Assembly (NCBI GenBank): GCA_963765125.1
Contig: CAVXUZ010000004.1
Coordinates: 792-64,791, forward strand
Reading direction: 5' to 3'
Origin: an uncultured candidate division WWE3 bacterium
Lineage (GTDB): Bacteria; Patescibacteriota; WWE3; UBA101185; UBA10185
DNA: 64,000 nucleotides
Below the pieces are notes generated by a model that worked only from the letters and a program-made list of their open reading frames with translations, searched no databases and was not told the origin of the DNA. How positions within the stretch are numbered: position 1 is the first letter of the stretch; each line of letters opens with the position of its first letter. Below, piece after piece: positions 55,811-64,000 of the stretch. Made by a program: the position numbers and the translations under genes.

Positions 55811-56893
55811 TCAAACCTTGATTAAGTCCGTCAACATCGTGTAAAAACGCATGTTATGTATAGTTGCAAGCCTGTAAGCAGAAACGTCGCCAAGTTTAAA
55901 TAAATGTCTGAGATACGCTTTTGAAAAATATTTACACATCTCACAATCGCAATACTTACTAATCGGGATCTTATCAGATTCGTATTTTGCCTTATCAATA
56001 TAAATATATTCGTAAAAATTACTGCTTTTTTTAAAATTAATTTTTTTAGGGTCTTGTTTGAAGATGTACAACCTTCTGTGTCTCGCATCACGAGTTGGTA
56101 AAGTACAATCGAATATATCCCATCCCATTTGATAAAGAGCAGAAATGTCATCCGGCCTCCCAACACCGAGCGCAAATTTAATTTTATCGTTTGGAATTAA
56201 GTCAGCAATATATTTTGAAAGCTTAAGGTCCATTTTTCCCTCTGCATTTACCACGTAACCACCATAGCCGTAGGCATCAAAATTTAGTTTCACTAAAGCC
56301 TCCGCACATCTCTTTCGCTCTTCTTTAAAATATCCGCCTTGAATTACTGCCAACAAAAACGGGCGAGTTTTATCAGTCATTTTTCTTTTTTTAACCTGTC
56401 GATCAAATTCTTTTTTGCTCTTCTCAGCCCACAGAATTGTTCTATCTACGCTGTTTTCCGCTGTTTTTGTATCTGCGTCTGGGGGAGTAAAATCATCAAG
56501 ACAAATAACAATATCAGATTCAATTTCAAACTGAACTTTTATTGACTCTTCTGGCGTAAATATTTCTTTTTTGCCACCACCGATAATAAATTCAACACCC
56601 GCGTCAGTAATTTTTCCCCCACTACTATTTCTATGAATTAAAGAAAACACCTGCCAACCCCCACTGTCAGAAACAACCAGCCCGTCATAATTCATAAAAC
56701 CTTTAATTCCACCAAACTTTTTTAGAATTTTTGTTCCAGGAGACGTTTGTAAATGATAGGTATTTACTACAACACCTTTAACTTGTGCATTTTTTAAATC
56801 TTGAGAATCAACACTTTTAGTTACACCTCTAGTTGCATCGGGTAAATAAATCGGTAGGCAGTACTTTTTACCTTTTATTATTACTTCTTTCAT
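55811..56893 (-). CDS. tgt: Queuine tRNA-ribosyltransferase (tRNA-guanine transglycosylase)
   Basis: TIM-barrel TGT pattern with C-terminal zinc site CDCEMCKYFSKAYLRHL. Confidence 0.85.
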   Translation of the reverse strand: MKEVIIKGKKYCLPIYLPDATRGVTKSVDSQDLKNAQVKGVVVNTYHLQTSPGTKILKKFGGIKGFMNYDGLVVSDSGGWQVFSLIHRNSSGGKITDAGVEFIIGGGKKEIFTPEESIKVQFEIESDIVICLDDFTPPDADTKTAENSVDRTILWAEKSKKEFDRQVKKRKMTDKTRPFLLAVIQGGYFKEERKRCAEALVKLNFDAYGYGGYVVNAEGKMDLKLSKYIADLIPNDKIKFALGVGRPDDISALYQMGWDIFDCTLPTRDARHRRLYIFKQDPKKINFKKSSNFYEYIYIDKAKYESDKIPISKYCDCEMCKYFSKAYLRHLFKLGDVSAYRLATIHNMRFYTMLTDLIKV

Positions 56894-56903
56894 ATATTAA
56901 AAA

Positions 56904-57746
56904 TTATTTTGTGGCTAGTTGAGAGAGCAGAACAAAACCGCCAATGACACCTGCATTTTCACCCATATCAGACTTTACGATAGGGGGAATTTCAAAAAAA
57001 TCTTGCTTAGACAATTCTTCTAGGAGAGGAGCTTTAAAATATTGTTCGTATGCGTTTGATAAGCTTCCACCTAAAACAACTACATCTGGTCCCCACAGAG
57101 AAATTACATTAAGAATACCTAAAGAGAGGTTTTTTGCGTAATCTGTCCAAACTTTGATATCGGTACAATCTGCGGGTGACATAGCGTAAAGCTCCCTAAA
57201 TCCTGTTCCTGAAACAAAAGACGAGAGACACCCAACCTGATGACACGGAGCAAAAACTCGCGAGTCCTCTTTAATCAGCATATGACCGGGTTCTGAGAAT
57301 CTTTCGTATTGATCAATCTTTTTTCCTGCTATACGAGCACCACCAACTCCAGTGCTCAGTGTTAAGTAAGCAACAACATCATAGTTTTTTCCAGCGCCGT
57401 GGACAGCCTCACCCAGCGCGCCTAAAGTTGCGTCGTTTTCAACAATAATTAAGCTATCATCAAACTCGTTGTCAAAAATCTCAGTAAATGGGATGTTGCT
57501 GAATTCATGCACATTTACAATCTGTTTAAGTTTTCTGGTCTTTTTGTCAACCAAACCCGGTACACCCACACAAATTCCGCTTATTTCTTCACCATTCAAA
57601 ACATCGTACACAGACTTAACAATGTCTTTTTGTTCACATTCTAAGTTTTGATCGGTTTTAAATATATTTTCTTCGACGATATGATCAAGATCTCGTGATG
57701 AGGCTACTCTTGTTTTTGTACCGCCTAAATCTACTGAAATGTACAT
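56904..57746 (-). CDS. ROK-family sugar kinase (glucokinase-like)
   Basis: DLGGTKTR N-terminus, ROK signature with Cys/His zinc motif (CHQVGCLSS). Confidence 0.7.
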   Translation of the reverse strand: MYISVDLGGTKTRVASSRDLDHIVEENIFKTDQNLECEQKDIVKSVYDVLNGEEISGICVGVPGLVDKKTRKLKQIVNVHEFSNIPFTEIFDNEFDDSLIIVENDATLGALGEAVHGAGKNYDVVAYLTLSTGVGGARIAGKKIDQYERFSEPGHMLIKEDSRVFAPCHQVGCLSSFVSGTGFRELYAMSPADCTDIKVWTDYAKNLSLGILNVISLWGPDVVVLGGSLSNAYEQYFKAPLLEELSKQDFFEIPPIVKSDMGENAGVIGGFVLLSQLATK

Positions 57747-57789
57747 ATGTTTTTATTATACATATTAAAAAAATTAATATATACTTACA

Positions 57790-58422
57790 ATGTATATGAA
57801 GAAAATAACTGCCTATTTTATAAGTATTATCGCCTTATTTGCGTTTTTCCCATTAATTGCAAACGCGCAAGATGCCGCTCTGTATAATGCGGCTAAAAAC
57901 CTTCAGGAACAAGAAGAAACACCCAAAATTGACCCGCTTGCCGCGTGCTCTGAAACAAAAACTACGCTAGAAGAAAAATTTGAGATGTATTCTGTTAAAA
58001 AAGCGGAGCATTTAGCCACGTATCAAACCTTAAAGGTGTCGCTAAACGGCTTCATTGGAAAGGCTAAAGCAATGGGTTATAACACAACCTCTCTTGAAAA
58101 AGACCTCATCGAATTCGACAAGCTGGTTAATGCCTACGATAGAGCTTTTGTAGTCTTTTTGAGAAATCTTCAAAATGCAGTTGTAAATGTTTGTAATACA
58201 AATCAACAGCTTTACACAAGTAATTTAGCTTTATCAAAAACGAGTCTTGAAACAATAAGAGAAAGTACAATATCAATTTATAACTATTATTACGAAAGCG
58301 TTTTAGAAGACATTAAAAGTTTAGTAAAAATTGAGGTAGTAGAAAAAGTTGAAGAACCAGCACCAGCTACTACTCCAGCTACAACACCAGATGAAGAAGA
58401 GGGGGTTTCAGATGAACAATAA
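57790..58422 (+). CDS. Secreted hypothetical protein with PATTPATTP linker
   Basis: Signal peptide, ORF. Confidence 0.5.
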   Translation: MYMKKITAYFISIIALFAFFPLIANAQDAALYNAAKNLQEQEETPKIDPLAACSETKTTLEEKFEMYSVKKAEHLATYQTLKVSLNGFIGKAKAMGYNTTSLEKDLIEFDKLVNAYDRAFVVFLRNLQNAVVNVCNTNQQLYTSNLALSKTSLETIRESTISIYNYYYESVLEDIKSLVKIEVVEKVEEPAPATTPATTPDEEEGVSDEQ

Positions 58423-58750
58423 TAATATGGTAACAAACGCAAATACGATTATTCCAAAAAAAGAGAACAAACCACATGATACAAAAATGACAATCATGAT
58501 AAGCCTTACATTAATTCTTGGGCTATTAACAGTTCTCACACTTTTGTCAGTTCTTAGCTATAACAAGACTCCTGCCAAAGAAAAGGCGGCTGAACAAAAC
58601 GTTGAGATCGTACAAGATGAAATGCCCAGCGAGAAAGTCGAAAGCGATGATGAGCTTGGTAGAAATCAACTTATAAAAGATTTTGAAAAACTAGAATTAG
58701 AAAAAGCCACAAACTTTTACTCTGAAGAAACATTCGACGCAGGTCTTTAA
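58412..58750 (+). CDS. Membrane-anchored hypothetical protein
   Basis: Start overlaps upstream stop (ATGAACAATAATAATATGG); one TM. Confidence 0.4.
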   Translation: MNNNNMVTNANTIIPKKENKPHDTKMTIMISLTLILGLLTVLTLLSVLSYNKTPAKEKAAEQNVEIVQDEMPSEKVESDDELGRNQLIKDFEKLELEKATNFYSEETFDAGL

Positions 58751-58813
58751 TTAGTTTTTTGTGTGAAACTTCATCCAAACATTTACAAATTTATACTGAG
58801 CGTTAGCTGATTT

Positions 58814-59602
58814 TTAGTTAGAAGTTTTATCCCCACCAAAAGAACGATCTCTAGTTGCGTATACAATTATTGCGCGCATAAAATCTTCCTCTGTCATCTC
58901 AGGAAGAAGCTTTTCAGTAGCATAATATTCGGAGTAAACGCTTTGCCATGGCATAAAACCGCTCAATCTATGCTCCCCCGCAGTTCTTATAATGAGATCT
59001 GGAAAAGGATACGGTTGACCTGCGGTATCTAAATAATTTTTAAATGCAAAATATGGATATTTATTTTGATACATTCCGTCTGTTTTTCTCAAATCATCAA
59101 AAGTAATCTTCCCCTTTTGAATATCGTTGAAAGCTTTTTCCATTGCTCTGAGTAATTCATCATGTCCTCCATATGCAAAAGCAACGTTAGCAACAAATTT
59201 CGTATTATTTTTAGTTTTTTCTTCCCACTGATTTATTATCTTAACAATCTCGCCAGGTATCATTGCTTTGTTTCCTAAATGAACTAACCTCGCACCATCT
59301 TCGTGAGCCTCTTGGCCGGTTGTTTGAAAAACATATTGTAATAGTCTAAATAAATTTGCGATCTCAAGCGGCTCTCTTTTTTTAAGATTCTCTGTTGAGC
59401 TTCCCCAAACAGTACCTGTATGAATTCCCCATTTTCTAATAACCCGCGCAAATTTAATAAGCACCTCGACTCCAGCGTTATGCCCGTCGGTAATTGGTAA
59501 GTTATTTTTTTTAGCCCACGTTCTATTTCCGTTAGGAATTATTGCTACGTGATTAGGAAATTTATCTCTAGGGATTGAATTAAATTTTTCTTCAATAGTC
59601 AT
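58814..59602 (-). CDS. uppS: Ditrans,polycis-undecaprenyl-diphosphate synthase (cis-prenyltransferase)
   Basis: HVAIIPNGNRTWA, RTAGEHRLSGF motifs. Confidence 0.85.
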   Translation of the reverse strand: MTIEEKFNSIPRDKFPNHVAIIPNGNRTWAKKNNLPITDGHNAGVEVLIKFARVIRKWGIHTGTVWGSSTENLKKREPLEIANLFRLLQYVFQTTGQEAHEDGARLVHLGNKAMIPGEIVKIINQWEEKTKNNTKFVANVAFAYGGHDELLRAMEKAFNDIQKGKITFDDLRKTDGMYQNKYPYFAFKNYLDTAGQPYPFPDLIIRTAGEHRLSGFMPWQSVYSEYYATEKLLPEMTEEDFMRAIIVYATRDRSFGGDKTSN

Positions 59603-59603
59603 T

Positions 59604-60707
59604 TTATTTTTCTCGTGTGACTACATAATCAGCCAATGTCGCGAGAAGTTCTCTCTGTTTAGGATCAGATGTAATTTTTGCAATATGTTTTTTACCTTCT
59701 TCTACGAGTTTCCAGCTAAGTTTTTGCGAGTATTCTAACGCGCCAGTTTCTATCAAAATCTCGTTAACACGCTTTAAATCAGACTCTTTTACGTCCTGAT
59801 TACCGTGTACTGAGCGTAAGAATTTCAATTGTTCTGGGTTTGCATTCTCAAACGCCTTTGCAAACAAAACAGTATTTTTACCTTGTCTCAAGTCTGAATA
59901 AATAGGTTTACCCAACTCTTTTTGATTAGAAAACATACCGAGTTCGTCGTCGCGAAGCTGAAATGCAATTCCTAAAGGTAAACCGTATTCCTCAATTGCT
60001 TTATATTGGGTTGATGATTCATCTGCGCCTGCGAGTATCGCCCCGTATTGCATAGGACCAGGTATCGTGTAAAACGCTGTCTTGAATTTGTGAATTGCCA
60101 TAACTTTTTCTTCTGAAGGTGTTTCATCTTGTTCGTAAGAAACGTCTAACCCCTGACCCTGCACAGTTTGAATAACTACCTCGCTCACTCTTCTTAAAAA
60201 TCTAATTTTTAATTCTGGATCAAACTTTGTATCGTTGATAATTAGGTTTGCATAAAACGGACCTAGATCACCGACATTAATTGCCATCGAAGTTCCGTAA
60301 AGTTTTTGTGATCTTTTACTATGTGGAAATTTTTCTTTATGTACGTTTTGGTATTGAATGTGCATTGTTGGTCTGCTTCGTCTTAGTTCGTCTTCATCCA
60401 TAATGTCGTCGTGAATAAGCCCAAAGCCATGAATCACTTCACTAACCATAGACGCCTTGTAAATATCATCGCATTCAACACCGCCAAAAAGATCGTAACC
60501 AAGCTTTGTAAGTGAGCCACGTAATCTTTTTCCACCCAAAAATGCGTCAAAGCGTTCGACCATATCTAATGCAACAGGAGCTATTCTTTTTGAGAAATCC
60601 TTTTGTGAATTAAAAAAGTTATCAAAATGTGGTGAAACTTTAGAAATATACCCTACAAGGTATTCGTTAGCATTTTTGTTAATTTCTGCTCTGCTATTAT
60701 CATCCAT
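59604..60707 (-). CDS. trans-Polyprenyl diphosphate synthase
   Basis: GGKRLRG, first DDxxD (IHDDIMDED), second Asp-rich motif (RDDELGMF). Confidence 0.8.
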   Translation of the reverse strand: MDDNSRAEINKNANEYLVGYISKVSPHFDNFFNSQKDFSKRIAPVALDMVERFDAFLGGKRLRGSLTKLGYDLFGGVECDDIYKASMVSEVIHGFGLIHDDIMDEDELRRSRPTMHIQYQNVHKEKFPHSKRSQKLYGTSMAINVGDLGPFYANLIINDTKFDPELKIRFLRRVSEVVIQTVQGQGLDVSYEQDETPSEEKVMAIHKFKTAFYTIPGPMQYGAILAGADESSTQYKAIEEYGLPLGIAFQLRDDELGMFSNQKELGKPIYSDLRQGKNTVLFAKAFENANPEQLKFLRSVHGNQDVKESDLKRVNEILIETGALEYSQKLSWKLVEEGKKHIAKITSDPKQRELLATLADYVVTREK

Positions 60708-60722
60708 AATAATAAGTATAAA

Positions 60723-60848
60723 CTAGCAAACGCGTTTACTTTTTTTCTTGAAGCGCCTTCTCATTCTATTGGCCTGTGCTTCCTTTTTCTTTTGAGCTAG
60801 CTTATTAGTAACTGTCTTTATTTTGTCATGTAATTTGCTTCTTGCCAT
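60723..60848 (-). CDS. Possible small highly basic protein (42 aa; MARSKLHDKIKTVTNKLAQKKKEAQANRMRRRFKKKSKRVC)
   Basis: Unannotated ORF filling the gap between 59604..60707 and 60885..61253; composition resembles small ribosomal proteins but no family recognised; no clear RBS. Confidence 0.25.
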   Translation of the reverse strand: MARSKLHDKIKTVTNKLAQKKKEAQANRMRRRFKKKSKRVC

Positions 60849-60884
60849 AATGGGTATTTTCTCATAAAACCGGTGTCATTTCCA

Positions 60885-61253
60885 TTACTCGAATGTACTT
60901 ACCAGCTTTACTGTAAACTTCATACGCTTTTTATTACCGTCTGGACCAATAATCTCTAGGTTTCCTGACTCTTTATAATAGTCAGCTAGTTCTTGGTATA
61001 AAATCTCTTTGTTCTCTGTGAGGTCATCTTTCAATTCCTTGATCTGCTGTTCGTATTCTGCAAATTTAGGGTCTGAAAGTATCTTTGATTTTCTAATTTT
61101 TAAGTCTTCTCTGATTTTTGAAGCGTCTTCTTGAAAACCAACAAAGGCGTGGTCATCTTCTAATACCTCGTCGTAGAGAGCTTTTATCTTCTTCATCTCG
61201 TCTGAGATGTCTTTTACTATTTGTAACCTATTTTTTATTGATTCTGTAGACAT
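60885..61253 (-). CDS. Hypothetical coiled-coil protein
   Basis: ORF. Confidence 0.45.
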   Translation of the reverse strand: MSTESIKNRLQIVKDISDEMKKIKALYDEVLEDDHAFVGFQEDASKIREDLKIRKSKILSDPKFAEYEQQIKELKDDLTENKEILYQELADYYKESGNLEIIGPDGNKKRMKFTVKLVSTFE

Positions 61254-61340
61254 AATAATATTGATTCTAACACAATACGTTTTTTACGCATTAAACTGTA
61301 TACCAGATATTTGTTTAAAAATCAAAGAATTTTCTATATT

Positions 61341-62165
61341 TTAGTGATTTTTATTATATTTTGAAGAAAAATCGTATCTTTTTAGGTAGTTTTTTCCGAA
61401 TATTTGCTCCATTTTTTGAGCATTTTTTCTAGAATATTCTCCATTTTTCGTACGTATGAGTTTACTCACAAAGCCCTCGCAACCTAGTTTATTGCAGATA
61501 TCCTGGGACAATGACCTTACGTAAATACCTTTTGAGGTTTCTACTTCTATTCTAATTTTGTTAAAGATTTTGCCTTTATTTTTATGCAAAATTATCTCCC
61601 AATTTGAAATGATATTTTCTTGTCTAAATTCTCCGCTAACTTTTTTTATATTAGAAATTATTTTTTTAATTTGATCCTCAACAGGCACTTGCTCAAACGA
61701 AATTACTTTTAAATTATAAATTTCCCCACTAATTTCGGGCGCTTGAACAGAAATATTTTCTCTCCCATACTCGTGCAAGTGTTTTCCTAAAACTTTTTTT
61801 GTAGAAAAAAGCGGGGCTCTCTGTGTGTATGAACCAATAAAACTGCTTAAAACATTTTCAACCTCGTCTTTTGTTATTTTGGTTTGGTAAATTTCATCTC
61901 TATTCGTTAAACCTAACCCGTCGAATGTATCCGTACTAATTCCTAAACATATTTCAAAATCATAAGTCTTGTGAAACTTGGCAAGTTCCTTTTTATTTAA
62001 TCTATTTTCATCTAAAAGTACTATTATTACTCCCTCAGCCATCGGATCCAGCGTACCCGTATGAGCTGTTTTTACACCAAAAACATCACTAACCCGCTGT
62101 GTAATAAGGTGCGTAGAAAACCCAATCGGTTGCCATATAGGTATAATGTTTTTTGCTTCTTCCAT
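61341..62165 (-). CDS. truB: tRNA pseudouridine(55) synthase
   Basis: HTGTLDPMAEGV catalytic Asp motif. Confidence 0.8.
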   Translation of the reverse strand: MEEAKNIIPIWQPIGFSTHLITQRVSDVFGVKTAHTGTLDPMAEGVIIVLLDENRLNKKELAKFHKTYDFEICLGISTDTFDGLGLTNRDEIYQTKITKDEVENVLSSFIGSYTQRAPLFSTKKVLGKHLHEYGRENISVQAPEISGEIYNLKVISFEQVPVEDQIKKIISNIKKVSGEFRQENIISNWEIILHKNKGKIFNKIRIEVETSKGIYVRSLSQDICNKLGCEGFVSKLIRTKNGEYSRKNAQKMEQIFGKNYLKRYDFSSKYNKNH

Positions 62166-62187
62166 AGCTTTATCTTATCATTGCAGT

Positions 62188-62817
62188 GTGAAAACTATAA
62201 AAGGCAATAAAGAAGTTGAAATAGGCAAAGAAGAGCTTTTAAAACTAAGCGAGGGGTTTAAAAAAGTCGTTTTAGACATAGGAACAGGAGATGGACGATA
62301 CGTTTATAAAAATGCGATTGAAAATCCAAATACTTTTTATATAGGAGTAGACCCAAACGCAAAGCAATTAGAAATCTACTCAAAGACTGCGTTGAGAAAA
62401 AAATTGGCGAATGTTTTATTTGTAGTTGGTTCAATTGAGATAATGCCACAAGAGTTAGAAAGTTTTGCTAATAAAATAACTGTAAACTTACCTTGGGGAT
62501 CTTTACTCAAAGAAATTGTCAAACCAAATCCTTCTATTCTTAAAAAATATTTAAAGCAAGACGGAGAATTAGAAATACTTCTCGGTTACGATAGAAACTT
62601 AGAGCCCTCTGAAACTGCAAGATTAGAAATACCAGAACTCGATGATGAACTTTTAGCAAACACGATAGTTCCCGCTTTTCAAAATGACGGATTCTCTTTG
62701 GTCGAAAAATCAGAAATTTCAAGAACTTCACTAAAAAAAGTGAACACCACTTGGGGAAACAAACTTACTTTTGGTAAGGAGAGAAAGATATTTAGATTAA
62801 AATTTGCATTAAAATAG
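62188..62817 (+). CDS. 16S rRNA (adenine1408-N1)-methyltransferase NpmA/KamB-family homolog
   Basis: From GTG 62188 the protein (VKTIKGNKEVEIG...VVLDIGTGDGRYVYKNAIENPNTFYIGVDP...NLPWGSLLKEIVKPN...WGNKLTFGKERKIFRL) is collinear with my recollection of NpmA (LILKGTKTVDL...HIDLGTGDGRNIYKLAINDQNTFYIGIDP...LFPWGTLLEYVIKPN...WAKRLAFGRKRSFFRV) and has a similar length (~210 aa). Confidence 0.55.
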   Translation: MKTIKGNKEVEIGKEELLKLSEGFKKVVLDIGTGDGRYVYKNAIENPNTFYIGVDPNAKQLEIYSKTALRKKLANVLFVVGSIEIMPQELESFANKITVNLPWGSLLKEIVKPNPSILKKYLKQDGELEILLGYDRNLEPSETARLEIPELDDELLANTIVPAFQNDGFSLVEKSEISRTSLKKVNTTWGNKLTFGKERKIFRLKFALK

Positions 62818-62849
62818 ACAACCCGCATCACATACACTACTATTTAATT

Positions 62850-64000
62850 GTGAAGTATCATACTTTAGAAATTGTTAGAACATCCCTCGAATTAGCATGG
62901 AAGCATAAAATATTATGGATTTTTGCTTTAGCTATTACAGGGGCAGGGTTTGGAGGAGGAGGCGGCGGCGGAGACTTTTTAAACAGCCCTACAATGAAGG
63001 ATGGTCCTCTAGGAACCAGTGAAAACAGTAGCGTTTTTTATGAACCAACAACTGAAGAATCGGTGTATGGTGCGCAAACAATGGTTCTTGGAGATTCAGT
63101 AGCTTTAGATGATGAATTTCCCAAAATGAGAACAACAGACACCTCTGAGTACGACTTAAGGTCTCCCGATCGCCCACAAAAAGATGATATTTTCTCACGA
63201 CTCAACAACGTTGAAAATAAAAAGACGTCAACTATCTTTTTAATCGTATTAGCGATCTCATTTTTACTGTTTCTTCTTACAGGAATTATTGTCTCCGCGA
63301 TTCGAAAATCATGGGCTCTTGCAGCAACAATTGAAGGAACATTTTTAACTTCTGAAGATGGGCAAAACCAGCCACTCGATAAAGTCGCGCTCTCAAAATA
63401 TGGACTTGAAAAATTCTGGAACATTATTAAATTCTATTTGTTAATCGTTAGTTATTATTTGATATTTATAGTTTTGATTATTGGTCTACCTTTTGCTATG
63501 CGTTTAATCGCTATAGCTCTACCGGATATGAGTATAGTATTTTCAATAATTAGCGGCATAATCATTTTTGTTGCCTTTGTTTTGTTTATACTACTTAATC
63601 TATCGATAGGCTTATCGTTAAGAGTTCTTCTACAAGAAAATATGCCTCCTCGTAAAGCATTTACACAAGGCTTTAACTTAATGTTTAAGAATTTTGGTTC
63701 TTTTCTTAAAATCACTCTTGCAAGCGTTGTTGTTATATCTTCTATGGTTATGGCAATAGCGGTATTTAGCGGAATATTAACAGTTACAATATTTAAGGTG
63801 GCGCGCGCAACAAATATAGCAAATATGGATTTTAATCTTTTAAAAATAGCTTTTTCTGGGGTTGCTTTATCAATAATAGTGATAATCTTTGTTTTGCTAG
63901 TCAGTGCCGCAGGTGGCTTTATTACCACATATTTTGAGTACACTTGGACATTTTTATATAAAAAAATAGCAAATAAAAATTTATCTGCGGGAGTCCCTAC
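62850..64000 (+). CDS. Polytopic membrane protein, 3'-truncated by window end (Gly-run then >=6 TM helices)
   Basis: Open frame from GTG 62850 to the window end without a stop; the minus-strand ORFs in the track here are mirror artefacts. Confidence 0.45.
   Translation, partial: MKYHTLEIVRTSLELAWKHKILWIFALAITGAGFGGGGGGGDFLNSPTMKDGPLGTSENSSVFYEPTTEESVYGAQTMVLGDSVALDDEFPKMRTTDTSEYDLRSPDRPQKDDIFSRLNNVENKKTSTIFLIVLAISFLLFLLTGIIVSAIRKSWALAATIEGTFLTSEDGQNQPLDKVALSKYGLEKFWNIIKFYLLIVSYYLIFIVLIIGLPFAMRLIAIALPDMSIVFSIISGIIIFVAFVLFILLNLSIGLSLRVLLQENMPPRKAFTQGFNLMFKNFGSFLKITLASVVVISSMVMAIAVFSGILTVTIFKVARATNIANMDFNLLKIAFSGVALSIIVIIFVLLVSAAGGFITTYFEYTWTFLYKKIANKNLSAGVP

Noticed and set aside
62941-62975. 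GGAGGAGGAGGCGGCGGCGGA low-complexity run, examined as a possible tandem repeat or CRISPR-like feature
   Set aside because: It is a single short triplet run that encodes a Gly7 linker in the membrane protein. There are no spacer-repeat periodicities anywhere in the window.
62989-63943. Minus-strand ORFs 62989..63198, 63038..63424, 63455..63943
   Set aside because: They are mirror-frame artefacts of the plus-strand membrane-protein gene running 62850 to the window end. Their translations are I/K/N-rich low-complexity sequence.
1-64000. Search for tRNA and rRNA genes in ORF-free gaps (2180-2420, 6436-6584, 14030-14387, 28938-29334, 31949-32516, 60708-60884)
   Set aside because: No cloverleaf-compatible sequence was found: no GTTCRANYC T-loop with paired acceptor stems, and no rRNA-like conserved blocks. 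The gaps are AT-rich promoter or terminator regions, except the candidate ncRNA at 32025-32520.

Overview
This 64 kb window looks like a small-genome, low-GC bacterium with an anaerobic fermentative lifestyle. From eyeballing, GC is roughly one-third. Shine-Dalgarno sites are strong where checked, and about 85 ORFs are densely packed. Many encode small secreted or membrane proteins of unknown function. A CPR/Patescibacteria-like origin is plausible but unproven. No rRNA, tRNA, CRISPR array or obvious transposase was found.

Confidently recognisable genes include:
- Translation and RNA modification: hisS, typA/bipA, tgt, truB, dus, an rsmC/rlmG-like methyltransferase.
- Cell wall and isoprenoid: uppS, a trans-polyprenyl synthase, ddl.
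- Transport and stress: ecfA-ecfT plus an S component, a 1-Cys peroxiredoxin, an SPFH protein.
- Sugar and nucleotide: a 3-hexulose-6-P synthase homolog, a ROK glucokinase, 6-phosphogluconolactonase, dCTP deaminase.

The most notable structures are:
1. An NrtR-headed NAD-salvage operon (pncA and pncB) with a PP2C phosphatase, a Ser/Thr kinase and a vWA protein interleaved between the salvage genes.
2. A ferredoxin / 2-oxoacid:ferredoxin oxidoreductase / ADP-forming acetyl-CoA synthetase module. The synthetase carries a C-terminal FNR-like flavin reductase domain.
3. A minimal two-subunit [NiFe] hydrogenase locus with HypC and an endopeptidase but no other Hyp genes.
4. Two homologs of aminoglycoside-resistance enzymes: an ANT(4')-like nucleotidyltransferase and an NpmA/KamB-like 16S rRNA m1A1408 methyltransferase.
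5. A 15-nt motif ATCACCAAACCAAAA recurring seven times, mostly in intergenic DNA.
6. A GC-rich ~490-nt promoter-to-terminator unit with no ORF, a candidate structured ncRNA.
7. A MEMO1-AMMECR1 fusion protein.
8. Two gene remnants (pseudogenes).
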